DNA of 64,000 nt from Fibrobacteria bacterium (lineage in GTDB: Bacteria > Fibrobacterota > Fibrobacteria > UBA11236). Position 1 is the stretch's first letter, and every line of letters begins with the position of its first letter. Location: assembly GCA_041746255.1 (NCBI GenBank), contig JBGTHM010000005.1, positions 32,001 to 96,000 on the forward strand, given 5' to 3'. This document shows positions 48,441-58,307 of this stretch, in pieces. A model generated the notes under the pieces. The model was given only the letters and a program-made list of their open reading frames with translations. It did not search any database and was not told the DNA's origin. The position numbers and the translations under genes were made by a program.

Positions 48441-49625
48441 CTATAGCGGAGCGAACTGAATCTTGATGTAGAGATTCTCCGCTAGATCGAATTTCATCGG
48501 CTTGATTTTCTGATGGTTGCGATCGAACAGGAGAATGATGATCGGCCGCTCCTTATTTTCCGGATGCACCTGCGCCACCACTCCGGAATATCCCATGGTG
48601 CGGTACTTGGGATCCTCCGTCACCGTAATGCGGGAGCCCACCGGAAAAACCGGAATCATGGAAATCATCAAATCGACTATGGGGGTGTTCAGTCGGGTAC
48701 CCGCCAGCATGATGAGATCACGCATGGCCATCTCGGGAGATTTGGGGAGAAAAGTACCGGGTCGGGGCGCCAACAGTGAAATGTAAGTATCGGCAACGGC
48801 AGCTACCTCGGCATACCGGTGGATGAATCCCGTTTCGGTGGAAATCACCTTCCTCGGCAATTCGTTGCGTCCCTTTAGACCGCGCGGGTAACCCGTTCCG
48901 TCCTGGTTTTCATGGTGCTGATAAGCCACGTGCGCGGTATTGATGGCTATGCCTTCGTTCTCTTTGAGAATCGCATATCCCATGGAAGGGTGTTCGCGCA
49001 TCAACTCCTTCTCCTCCGCGCTCAAGGGTCCCTTTTTATTAAAAACCGACTCGGAAAGCAAAATCATCCCGAAATCCATAAGAAAGGTTCCGAGCGCCAA
49101 TTCCTCGATATCCTTGATGGGAAAGCGTAAACGCTGGGCGAGAAGTATGGAAGTTATGGTCACGTCGAGGGAATGCTGGAAGAGATAACCGCTTTTGGAA
49201 CGCATGGAGGTCAGGTTCACCATCAATGGCTCCCTGGCGAGTAGAGTTTCAATGATTTCGGAAACCAAGGACTTGGCTTGGGATACGGCGATAATGTTTT
49301 TGAAGCGGGAGGCGTCGGCAAGAAAACCTCGCACCGAAGCCACAGTCATATTCTTCATATCACCGGCGCTTTTAAGCAATTCGGCATGCTTTTGTAAGGT
49401 ACCCAGTGCCTGCAATTCCAATTGCTCTTGGATGAGGATTTCCGGTATTACATCCACGCCTTCCTGGTATACCCAGAATCCGTTCAATTCCATTTTACGG
49501 CATTTGGCGATCACTTCGTTATTCAAAACGAAACCCTGGGATAAAAGCAAATTACCCCGCTCCCCCAAAATGGAACGAGCCAATACCATGCCGGGATGGA
49601 CTTCTTCGATGGAAACTTGAATCAT
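48441..49625 (-). CDS. HD-GYP domain protein with degenerate HD motif
   Basis: PGMVLAR N-terminus, HSLDV, FLMDFG in place of LHDIG, HHENQDGTGYPRGL, AVADTY. Confidence 0.9.
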   Translation of the reverse strand: MIQVSIEEVHPGMVLARSILGERGNLLLSQGFVLNNEVIAKCRKMELNGFWVYQEGVDVIPEILIQEQLELQALGTLQKHAELLKSAGDMKNMTVASVRGFLADASRFKNIIAVSQAKSLVSEIIETLLAREPLMVNLTSMRSKSGYLFQHSLDVTITSILLAQRLRFPIKDIEELALGTFLMDFGMILLSESVFNKKGPLSAEEKELMREHPSMGYAILKENEGIAINTAHVAYQHHENQDGTGYPRGLKGRNELPRKVISTETGFIHRYAEVAAVADTYISLLAPRPGTFLPKSPEMAMRDLIMLAGTRLNTPIVDLMISMIPVFPVGSRITVTEDPKYRTMGYSGVVAQVHPENKERPIIILLFDRNHQKIKPMKFDLAENLYIKIQFAPL

Positions 49626-49817
49626 AGGGCTAACGGATATTCCGGTAAGCGCATCCGCTGGGGAAATTGAATGAACGTCATTTCCAATTTTCCCAGCCAA
49701 CGGCGGCAAAGTCAAGTACGGTGAATCGACGAGGGATGAATTAGGCGATTTTGGGCGGTTTTACCGGAGGAATAGGGTAAAACCGATCGTATTCCCATTC
49801 AGGACGGGATAATGTCT

Positions 49818-50837
49818 TTAATAGGAGATAATCCTCGCAAGCTTGCCATTTCTGTCTAACAATCTTCCGTCCACCCGGAATTCGGAATTGCCCTCAAGTA
49901 ACGGCGTGAATCCCGGTCTAAGGGAGCGGCCAAGGGAAACTGAATAATTTCCGGTTTTGTATCCCCGGACCAGCATGGGAAGCCGGTATAGCCCTTTATT
50001 CGTGATGATAAAAAGGGTTTTGAAATCCGCTCCCCCGAAAGCGAGATTCGTCATTTGCTCTCCGGGAATCGATATTTTTCCGAGAGCTTCTCCTTTCGGC
50101 GAAAAGACGTGCACCGCCTGGCCGAATTGTACGGCATAAACATTGCCCAGTTCGTCCAGCACGACGCCATCGGCGCTCGGTACCGTCGCGAATTCATTGC
50201 GACTGCCTAAGGAGAAATCCTCCCTGACGGCATAAGCCGCAATTTTACCGTCCTGATTCTCCAAAACATACAGGATTTTCCGCTCCTCGTCCCATTCGAT
50301 GCCGTTGGGCTTGGGCCGATTGCTCAAAACCTCCCGAGTCTCCCCCGTAGCTGCGTCCCGGAAGAAAACGGAACGCCCGTTGAAGTTGGTAAAGAAGAGG
50401 TTGTCTTTTGAATCACCGGTCACGTCATTGAAATTTTCTCCGCTATTGGGGTACTTATAGAGAGTATCGGTTTGGTTATCGAAGGTTTCACCCGCCTTGA
50501 CCCGCACAATCGCTTTGGCCTGGCAGATGATGATTCGGTTTTGCGTATCCAGCCACATGCCATTGGGAGCGTCCGCGGCCTTGCGCCAGGGATGCGCGGT
50601 ATCCTCGCCTACTTTCAAACGCATGGTACGGTTATTGGAACCCATTTCATTGAAATAAACATTCCCCTGCCAATCCGCGACAACCCCTTCGCCGAAGACA
50701 GTGCCTCCGGCCCGCTTGGTCAATTCCGGAGTACCCGGCGCCGCCAACGAGGGTGGAAGGGTATGGAGGGTTTGAGCCAAGACGCCAACCGCACTTGCCA
50801 TCACCAAATACAGCGCCGATAAAGAATGCCGCGACAT
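49818..50837 (-). CDS. Secreted SMP-30/gluconolactonase family protein
   Basis: FGEG, PNGM, FNDV, PNGIEW, ADGVVLDELGNVY, TNLAFGG.D.KTLFIT. Confidence 0.9.
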   Translation of the reverse strand: MSRHSLSALYLVMASAVGVLAQTLHTLPPSLAAPGTPELTKRAGGTVFGEGVVADWQGNVYFNEMGSNNRTMRLKVGEDTAHPWRKAADAPNGMWLDTQNRIIICQAKAIVRVKAGETFDNQTDTLYKYPNSGENFNDVTGDSKDNLFFTNFNGRSVFFRDAATGETREVLSNRPKPNGIEWDEERKILYVLENQDGKIAAYAVREDFSLGSRNEFATVPSADGVVLDELGNVYAVQFGQAVHVFSPKGEALGKISIPGEQMTNLAFGGADFKTLFIITNKGLYRLPMLVRGYKTGNYSVSLGRSLRPGFTPLLEGNSEFRVDGRLLDRNGKLARIISY

Positions 50838-50928
50838 TTTCATTCTCCTGTTTATGGTTTTAAATATAAACGCATTCGGGATTACAGACATCAGGTTTGC
50901 ATGGACTTTTAAATGGTATTTTATGCAA

Positions 50929-51801
50929 ATGGCCAATCCCAAGCGCAGTCGCCCGGAAAACACGGCAGGAGATTTCTACGTCGATGACACCTGCATCGAT
51001 TGCGACACCTGCCGATGGCTGGCGCCGGCAACCTTCCTTCGGGCCGGCGAATTTTCTGCGGTGGGCCGACAACCCGCCACCTCCACTGAAAGAGAGCTTG
51101 CCCTCCAGGCTGCGGTGGCCTGTCCCACCGCTTCCATTGGCACCCACTCTCCTGCTTCGGAGCTGCCGTCCATAAGACGAGCCTTCCCACTTCCTCTGGA
51201 AGACAACGTATTTTACTGCGGCTATCATTCCCGTAAATCGTTCGGCGCGGCGAGCTATTTCATTCAACGTGATGAGGGTAATATTCTCGTCGATTCCCCC
51301 CGCTTTTCTCCCGTGTTGGCGGAACGTTTGGAGTCGATGGGCGGTGTGCGCTACTTTTATCTCACGCATGGAGATGACGTAGCCGACCACGAGGCCTGGC
51401 GCGATCGCTTCGGATGCGAACGTATTATGCACAAGTGGGACGCTAATGTCGAAACCCTCGGCTTGGAAATCCTGTTGCAGGACGAACAGCCCTATGCGCT
51501 GGCCGAGGATTTGCTTATCCTCCCCGTGCCCGGCCACACCCGCGGGAGTACGGTGCTTTTGTATCGAGACAAATTTATTTTCACCGGCGACCACCTCGCC
51601 TACTCCATACGCCTGAAACATCTCTACGCCTTCCGCACCGCCTGCTGGTATTCGTGGGAGAAGCAAATCCTATCCATGGAAACCCTGCTGAAATACCGCT
51701 TCGAATGGGTTCTTCCCGGCCATGGAAGGCGCTACCATGCGAATGCCGAAGAAATTTCCCGGCAAATGGGTCTTTGTATCGAATGGATGAAATCCCGGTA
51801 A
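50929..51801 (+). CDS. Ferredoxin-MBL-fold metallohydrolase fusion
   Basis: CIDCDTC...CPTASI Fe-S motif; THGDDVADH, PGHTRGS, FTGDH, LPGHG. Confidence 0.92.
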   Translation: MANPKRSRPENTAGDFYVDDTCIDCDTCRWLAPATFLRAGEFSAVGRQPATSTERELALQAAVACPTASIGTHSPASELPSIRRAFPLPLEDNVFYCGYHSRKSFGAASYFIQRDEGNILVDSPRFSPVLAERLESMGGVRYFYLTHGDDVADHEAWRDRFGCERIMHKWDANVETLGLEILLQDEQPYALAEDLLILPVPGHTRGSTVLLYRDKFIFTGDHLAYSIRLKHLYAFRTACWYSWEKQILSMETLLKYRFEWVLPGHGRRYHANAEEISRQMGLCIEWMKSR

Positions 51802-51911
51802 AAACCAATTTTTGGATTTGAACACTTTGGATAATGGTTTTAAATACAAAGTGAAATGAACAGCCTACCATTTGGATCCAAGGCTGAAAATTTCTAGGAG
51901 GGGAAAATAGC

Positions 51912-52307
51912 ATGCGTAACTCTTACAAACCGGAGAATTACAACTCCGTATCACCCTATTTTGTAGTTAATGGCGCCCAAAGGTTTATCGACCTGCTCAA
52001 ATCAATTTTTGGTGCTGAAGAATTAAGACGCTATGATAACACCGACCGTAGCATTATGCATGCCGAGGTCCGCATCGACGATTCCGTTATCATGGTAGGC
52101 GACGCCTCCGCCCAATATCCTGCGAATTCATTGCTGACGCACATTTACGTGCCGGATGTGGATGTCGTATTCCGAAATGCCATGGAAGCCGGCTGCGAGT
52201 CTTTGGATACGCCGAGTAAAAAAGAGGGAGATCCCGACAAAAGAGGTTCATTCAAAGATTTTTCAGGGAATACCTGGTCCATCGCCACTCAAGTTTCTCC
52301 CCAATGA
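51912..52307 (+). CDS. VOC/glyoxalase (PhnB-like) protein
   Basis: VSPYF, IMHAEVRIDDSVIM, YVPDVD, KDFSGNTWSI. Confidence 0.92.
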   Translation: MRNSYKPENYNSVSPYFVVNGAQRFIDLLKSIFGAEELRRYDNTDRSIMHAEVRIDDSVIMVGDASAQYPANSLLTHIYVPDVDVVFRNAMEAGCESLDTPSKKEGDPDKRGSFKDFSGNTWSIATQVSPQ

Positions 52308-53014
52308 CGGATATCATACTGGCATTTGTCCCGGGAGCCGGACTTGATGCTTCGATATGGGAAAAATTGACCCCGTACCTGAATTTTAAACAGGCCTACC
52401 TGGATTATCCCAATCGCGGAAATGCTCCAGCGACAAACAGGCGTTTATCCTTACAAGATTACTACTCAACCTTGTTACGACAATTGGAGGATTTCCCGAA
52501 TGCGAAAATTCTCCTTGTCGCCCACTCGCTGGGTGGAATTTTCATCAACAAGCTGGCCTCGGAATTAAATGAGAGGTTGATTGGTATCGTGGCCATTGGT
52601 GCCATCATTCCGGATGAGAACCATTCATTTTTATCGGAGTTTCACGGTGTACAACGATTTATCATGCGGGTAATAATGCGTTTGGCGGGCACACGGCCTC
52701 CTGCCTCGCAAATAAAAAGCGGACTTTGCAACGACCTTAAAGGCGAAATGGCGGATAAAATCGTGAGCCGATTCACGCCGGAATCCATTGCGGTTTACAC
52801 GGAAAAAATCACCTACCCAATTCCGCTCAAGCCTTGTCTTTTTATTTTGCTTACGAATGATAAGAGCGTTTCGGTGAGTCGGCAAAAATTATCCGCGGAG
52901 AAGTTCCGGGAAGCGCAAATCCACAGTCTCGACTCCGGGCATCTTCCCATGCTGAGCCAACCGGAAAAACTAGCGGGCCTACTGAATGATTTCACGCGAT
53001 CCTTGACGGTGTAA
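52304..53014 (+). CDS. Alpha/beta hydrolase
   Basis: VPGAG, AHSLGG nucleophile elbow, NDKSV, SGHLPM. Confidence 0.9.
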   Translation: MTDIILAFVPGAGLDASIWEKLTPYLNFKQAYLDYPNRGNAPATNRRLSLQDYYSTLLRQLEDFPNAKILLVAHSLGGIFINKLASELNERLIGIVAIGAIIPDENHSFLSEFHGVQRFIMRVIMRLAGTRPPASQIKSGLCNDLKGEMADKIVSRFTPESIAVYTEKITYPIPLKPCLFILLTNDKSVSVSRQKLSAEKFREAQIHSLDSGHLPMLSQPEKLAGLLNDFTRSLTV

Positions 53015-53025
53015 AGAAATCCGTT

Positions 53026-53607
53026 TCACATCGCCGCGGAAACTCCCTTTTCAGATGCGGGAACCGACCAATCGTAAACGGGTGGGAGGGGTTTGGAACC
53101 CAATAGCCTGGCCACACCCGCCAAGCCGGTCATGATCGCCCGCCCGATGGCGGATGCCGGAGTCGAAGACTGATGCTCATCGGCTTGTACGAAAACCTGC
53201 CCGGTCATTCCCAACGTCAAGGCCGGCGATCGGCCGCTGTCACGTGTCATAACCGCCAACGGAATGAATAAATCCTCCATACGAGGCCCGTCCAAGGTAA
53301 CTTCGACCACAACCGGCTGTTTTCCGAAATTCTTGAATCGATGGCGCTTCCGGGGTGGAATCGACACGCTCATGCCTGGGCCGTAGTCGACCCTTTTCCC
53401 TTCGATCCAAATGGTAAGCGCGCCTTCCAAAACCTTGAATGACTCGGTTTCGTATTCGTGAAAATGTTCTCCGGGCCCCGTCTTACCCGGCCCCAAGGTC
53501 CAGGTAAAGCGGAATAATTTCTCCTCCGAACGGAACGAATTCCGGAAAAGAAAATGCTCGCCGGTGGCGGGCATGGCGACTGTAAGGGCTTGATTGTCTA
53601 GCTTCAT
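53026..53607 (-). CDS. Cupin domain protein
   Basis: EHFHEYETESF.VLEG and IPPRKRHRF cupin motifs. Confidence 0.88.
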   Translation of the reverse strand: MKLDNQALTVAMPATGEHFLFRNSFRSEEKLFRFTWTLGPGKTGPGEHFHEYETESFKVLEGALTIWIEGKRVDYGPGMSVSIPPRKRHRFKNFGKQPVVVEVTLDGPRMEDLFIPLAVMTRDSGRSPALTLGMTGQVFVQADEHQSSTPASAIGRAIMTGLAGVARLLGSKPLPPVYDWSVPASEKGVSAAM

Positions 53608-53610
53608 AAT

Positions 53611-53625
53611 GTTACATATAGTAAC
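53611..53625. promoter_or_regulatory. Candidate TetR operator
   Basis: GTTAC-ATATA-GTAAC palindrome filling the 20-bp gap between divergent cupin and tetR starts. Confidence 0.6.
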
Positions 53626-53627
53626 TT

Positions 53628-54344
53628 ATGTCCCCATCCCCTGTCAAACGGAATTTCCGCGTTCGCAAAAACCCCGAATCATTCCACCATGGCGATTTAC
53701 GCGAAGCGGCCATCCATCTCGCCGTAAAAGACGTCGAAACCCGGGGCCATACCCATGTTTCGCTGGAGCGTCTGGCCAAAAACCTGGGAGTTACCCGCCC
53801 CGCGCTCTACCGCCATTTCGCCGATCGCGACGCCCTGCTCGAGGCCGCCGCCCTGCGTGGCCTGGAACGATTCGAAAAAGCCCTGGAAGCGCCGCTCCTT
53901 TTGGCTCCCGACCCATGGAGGGCCATTCACGACTGCGGCTACGCCTACGTCCGCTTCGCTTGGGAAAACCCGGGTTGGTTTCGCTTGCAATTTTCACGGG
54001 AGCAAACCGAAAGGCGTCCCTCTCATCTGATGACGCGCCGTCCGGCTTATGCACCGCTGCTGCTCAAAGCCGTTTCCGACAAATTTGGAAATGACAATCC
54101 GGAAACCGACGATGTGTTCCGTGTCCTTTGGGCCGAGGTGCATGGTCTCGCGGTGTTGGTGGTGGAACGCGTTTTTCAACTGGTGGATACCGACACGGAA
54201 AGGTTAGTGGCGGCCGAAAGGGCGATATCCATATTGGTAGAGGCCTTTCATGCCTATTCTAAAAACAAAGTGGGGCGACTGGGACTGGCGCCGTCCCAGC
54301 CCATGCCCGGTTTCTCGAGCTTGGTAAAGGGAAAGGCGCCCTGA
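53628..54344 (+). CDS. TetR/AcrR family regulator (WHG-type)
   Basis: FHHGDLR, LAKNLGVTRPALYRHF, AYVRFA..NP, WAEVHG. Confidence 0.93.
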   Translation: MSPSPVKRNFRVRKNPESFHHGDLREAAIHLAVKDVETRGHTHVSLERLAKNLGVTRPALYRHFADRDALLEAAALRGLERFEKALEAPLLLAPDPWRAIHDCGYAYVRFAWENPGWFRLQFSREQTERRPSHLMTRRPAYAPLLLKAVSDKFGNDNPETDDVFRVLWAEVHGLAVLVVERVFQLVDTDTERLVAAERAISILVEAFHAYSKNKVGRLGLAPSQPMPGFSSLVKGKAP

Positions 54345-54477
54345 CCTCAATACCGAATCCTGGGTTGTTGGTATTTTATCTTTGACCAACCCCGTAAAAC
54401 TCTTGTGGGTTAACGGTTTCCGCACCTATCTTAAAGTCTGCTCCGCGAAGATAAGCGGATTAAAGGATTTAAGAGGC

Positions 54478-56439
54478 ATGACTCCCACCCAAAAAGCCAC
54501 CCCCGCCACTGTCGCATACGGAAGCTGGCCTTCCACCATTTCCGCCGAAAGCCTGGCGCGTTCCACCTTGGGGCTGGGACAAATCCAGGTGACCGAAGAC
54601 GGCCTATTCTGGCTGGAGAGCCGCCCTGCCGAGGGGGGAAGGCAGGTGGTGGTAAAAGCCGGCATGGGAGAAGAGGGGAAAGAAAGCGAAGATATGTTCT
54701 CCGACCCGTACAATGCCCGCAATAAGGTGCATGAATACGGCGGAGGTGATTTCCTGGTTCATCGAGGGGTTCTCTATTTCACCCATCAATCCGACCAGCG
54801 CATTTACCGCGTGGATCATAGCCGCGCCCCCCAGGCCATAACCCCCGAAGGACCCTTCCGCTATGCGGATTTGGCGGTGGACGAATTGCGTGAGCGCCTC
54901 CTCGCGGTCCGCGAGGAGCACCATGGCCGGGGCGAGCCGCATAATAGCCTGGTCGCCTTGCCGTTGGCGGGAGACGCGCCCCCCGCCGTTCTAGCGCATG
55001 GATGCGATTTCTACGCCTGCCCCCGCATCAGCCCCGACGGCCACCACCTTTCGTGGCTGTCTTGGAACCATCCCGATATGCCTTGGGACGGTTGCGAACT
55101 TTATGTCGCTGAACTGAATCCGGGCGGAGATCCCGGAGCCATCCATCATGTCGCCGGTAGCCGCGAGGAGTCCATCTTCCAGCCACAATGGTCGCCGGAT
55201 AACCGGCTTCATTTCGTTTCTGATCGTACGGGATGGTGGAACCTGTTCGTTTGGGATGGAAAAAAATCCCGCAATCTCTGCCCCATGGAAGCCGAATTCG
55301 CGTTGCCGCAATGGGTATTCGGACAATCCACTTACGCCTTCGTGGGCGACGAATCCATCCTTTCCGCCTACAACCAGGGAGGCCGATGGACGCTTTGTCT
55401 CCTGAACCGTCAGGGCGGAAAGCGTCAAGATTTCGATTTGCCCTTCTCCCAAATAGAAAGTGTACGGGCCGACGCCGTCACCGGATATTTCATCGCATCT
55501 TCTCCGACATGCTTCCCCGGGATTTGCGCCCTCAACCTTTCCAACGGAAAGTTACGCCTGATCAAATCCTCACTGACCGACTTTCACATCGATGGCGGCT
55601 CCGATCAATGGGCCCTTCCGGAACCCATCGACTTTTTAGGTTATGATGGGCAATTATCACATGCATGGTTTGTACCGCCGCATAACCCGCACTACCAGGG
55701 ACCTAAGGGAGAATCGCCTCCGCTCATAGTCAAAGTGCACAGCGGGCCAACCGCCGCCACCTCCACGGGGCTGGATTTGGGCGTACAATTCTGGACTTCG
55801 CGAGGCTTCGCTGTTTTATCCGTCGACTATGGGGGAAGCACGGGTTATGGTCGCTCCTACCGGCAAAGGCTTGACGGCCTTTGGGGCCGCGTGGATGCGG
55901 AAGACTGTTTGCTGGCCGCCCTGTATCTTCAGCAAGCCGGTCGCGTGGACGGCGGTAAAATGGCCATTACCGGCAATAGCGCAGGGGGGTTCACGGCTTT
56001 GTCCGCCTTGGCTTTTCATAAGGGCTTCAGTGCGGGAACCAGCCTTTACGGCGTCGCGGATTTGGAAGCCTTGGCCCATGATACGCACAAATTCGAAGCG
56101 CATTATCTCGATCGGCTGGTGGCTCCCTATCCTGCCGGAGAAGCCGTCTACCGGGAGCGTTCACCCTTGCATCATGCGCAGGGGATAACCTGCCCGGTAC
56201 TGCTGTTGCAGGGTCTGGAGGACAAGGTCGTACCTCCCGCCCAATCCGATGCCATGTTTCGAATACTGCGCGAAAAAGGCCTTCCTGTCGCCTATTTACG
56301 TTTCGAAGGGGAAGGACACGGTTTCAAACTTCCCGCAAACCGCAAAAAGGCCCGGGATGCTGAACTCTATTTTTACCGCCGCATCTTCGGATTGCATGAT
56401 CCGGATGGCCTCGAACCGCTTGTAATTGAAAATTTTTGA
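54478..56439 (+). CDS. S9 family peptidase
   Basis: YGSWPS, VHEYGGG, HSGPT, GNSAGG, EDKVV, EGHGF. Confidence 0.95.
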   Translation: MTPTQKATPATVAYGSWPSTISAESLARSTLGLGQIQVTEDGLFWLESRPAEGGRQVVVKAGMGEEGKESEDMFSDPYNARNKVHEYGGGDFLVHRGVLYFTHQSDQRIYRVDHSRAPQAITPEGPFRYADLAVDELRERLLAVREEHHGRGEPHNSLVALPLAGDAPPAVLAHGCDFYACPRISPDGHHLSWLSWNHPDMPWDGCELYVAELNPGGDPGAIHHVAGSREESIFQPQWSPDNRLHFVSDRTGWWNLFVWDGKKSRNLCPMEAEFALPQWVFGQSTYAFVGDESILSAYNQGGRWTLCLLNRQGGKRQDFDLPFSQIESVRADAVTGYFIASSPTCFPGICALNLSNGKLRLIKSSLTDFHIDGGSDQWALPEPIDFLGYDGQLSHAWFVPPHNPHYQGPKGESPPLIVKVHSGPTAATSTGLDLGVQFWTSRGFAVLSVDYGGSTGYGRSYRQRLDGLWGRVDAEDCLLAALYLQQAGRVDGGKMAITGNSAGGFTALSALAFHKGFSAGTSLYGVADLEALAHDTHKFEAHYLDRLVAPYPAGEAVYRERSPLHHAQGITCPVLLLQGLEDKVVPPAQSDAMFRILREKGLPVAYLRFEGEGHGFKLPANRKKARDAELYFYRRIFGLHDPDGLEPLVIENF

Positions 56440-56618
56440 AATTTGTAAATCCGGGAATTATGAAAAGGTCATTAAATATTGATTTCCACTTGGAAAGGGG
56501 GTAACCTTAACTTCATTGTATCGTGTCGGTAATCATAACGGGTTGACAGCAGGGCCGGAATTCGGTCGGCGGAATAATTGTCTTATTAAAAATTATCCTG
56601 GCCTAGAAAAAACAACTC

Positions 56619-58307
56619 ATGCCCAACCTTCTGCTTATCACCTCCATCGACGAAGAAGCCGCCATTCTTCAACTCGCCTTGAAAAGCCGCAACTTCTCCG
56701 TGAGCCACCTTAATCCGCCGGTAACCAGCCCACTCCAATGCCTACTTTTTAAACCCGACATCATTCTGATGGAAATCGGCCAAAGCTACCTGCTTCAATG
56801 CAGTATCATCCAAGCCATGTCGAACGAAAAGCGGTCGCGTCATATTCCGATTCTCGCGTTTGGGCGGGGAGCAGACAATCCTACCGTCTTTCGTTCCATC
56901 ACCCAAAGCGGAGCGCGGGAATTTTTTCCACGTCCCTTGAAGATATCCGATGTGAGTAGGCTGCTCGAAGCGCATCTCCCTAAGCTTAAAGGCGAGGACA
57001 AGCCGCTTCCCGTACCGGTAGATCAAGACCAGGATATGGCCCGAATCCTCGGAGACGATCTCAGTACCGTGCAAAAACTGGACCTGATGGTGAGCCATGT
57101 GGGAAAGCTCATGGCCTTCCCATTTACCGCCGCGGCGGTAACCCGCGTGGCCGACGACCCCATGAGCGGTGCGGCCAAGTTGTCCCAGGTCATCTCCCAG
57201 GACCAGGCCATTTCGGCAACCATACTCAAAATTTCCAATTCGGTATTCTGTGCCGGTAGGGGCAAGCCCACCACCGACATCCGGGAGGCGGTGGTACGCA
57301 TCGGATTTTCCGCCACCCGTAATATTGCCTTAAGCCTTTCGGTCCTCAACCTGCTTGACGACCGAGGCAAACAGGCGGGATTCGATAGAAGCGACCTTTG
57401 GTATCAATCCCTGGCCTGTGGACTTATCGCGGAAAAATTGGCGCGCAATGTCGGGTATCCGAGCCCTTCCGAAGCGTTCATCGCCGGATTGCTCCATGAC
57501 TTCGGAGCGCTGTTACTGGACGAATTTTTCGGAGACATTTTCACGCAAGTCATGGTGCGCTCGAGCTCGGGACATCCCGCCTTGAATTGCGAAAAGGAGC
57601 TGTTAGGATTCGATCACAACGATTTGGTGGATAAACTATTTGAGCAATGGCGCATTCCCGCGAACCTCGGCTTCGCCATAAAGCACCGCGCCACTTTCCT
57701 GGAGGTGGATACCCGCGCCAATCCATCCCAGGGACAACTCACCCGGCTCTTGGGAACTTCCTCATTGCTGGCCAAAGCCGCCCATCTCGGCAGGTGCTGC
57801 GACGCATTTTTACATCCCGTTCCGGTGACGGTACTAAAGGAATTGAAAATCGAGCTAGGGCTGCACCGAACCTTCATGAACGACATCTATCCACTCATGG
57901 ATCAATATTGCAGTTTGCTTAGCATGGAAAAACGCATCGCCGCTAAACCTCTGGCCGGACGCGCTGTGCAATTTGGTTTATGCGATTTGGTGAAATCGAG
58001 CTTCGAGCCTCATTTATTCTATATGCACATGCGCGGTTACGGTGTCACCGAGTTGGGAGCGGCCGAAACCACGGAGGAAAACCTGGACATGCTCGTCCTC
58101 AACGTGGATAAGCAGGGAAGCGACGACACCTTCCTGAAATTGATGTATTCCGGGGATAATCCTGGGGCCTTCAAACCCTTGCTGGTCTTCGCCGAAGCCA
58201 AAGAATACCGCCCCTCCCTGCCCGAGGGCGCCCGTTTCGAAGTTTTACCTAAAAATATCGATACCCGCACAATCGATGCCGGTATAGAAAAACTTCTGGC
58301 CGTCTAG
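56619..58307 (+). CDS. Receiver-like + HDOD domain signalling protein
   Basis: PDIILME receiver-like N-terminus; QDQAISATILKISNS, EAVVRIG, AGLLHDFG, E...GFDH, W.IP. Confidence 0.88.
   Translation: MPNLLLITSIDEEAAILQLALKSRNFSVSHLNPPVTSPLQCLLFKPDIILMEIGQSYLLQCSIIQAMSNEKRSRHIPILAFGRGADNPTVFRSITQSGAREFFPRPLKISDVSRLLEAHLPKLKGEDKPLPVPVDQDQDMARILGDDLSTVQKLDLMVSHVGKLMAFPFTAAAVTRVADDPMSGAAKLSQVISQDQAISATILKISNSVFCAGRGKPTTDIREAVVRIGFSATRNIALSLSVLNLLDDRGKQAGFDRSDLWYQSLACGLIAEKLARNVGYPSPSEAFIAGLLHDFGALLLDEFFGDIFTQVMVRSSSGHPALNCEKELLGFDHNDLVDKLFEQWRIPANLGFAIKHRATFLEVDTRANPSQGQLTRLLGTSSLLAKAAHLGRCCDAFLHPVPVTVLKELKIELGLHRTFMNDIYPLMDQYCSLLSMEKRIAAKPLAGRAVQFGLCDLVKSSFEPHLFYMHMRGYGVTELGAAETTEENLDMLVLNVDKQGSDDTFLKLMYSGDNPGAFKPLLVFAEAKEYRPSLPEGARFEVLPKNIDTRTIDAGIEKLLAV

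Noticed and set aside
3673..51666. Long alternative ORFs (3673-4602, 14796-15731, 18252-19187, 23880-24695, 50860-51666)
   Set aside because: All lie antisense to well-supported genes and have no recognisable motifs.
56440..56618. c-di-GMP or other riboswitch upstream of the HDOD gene
   Set aside because: AT-rich region with no recognisable conserved riboswitch core.
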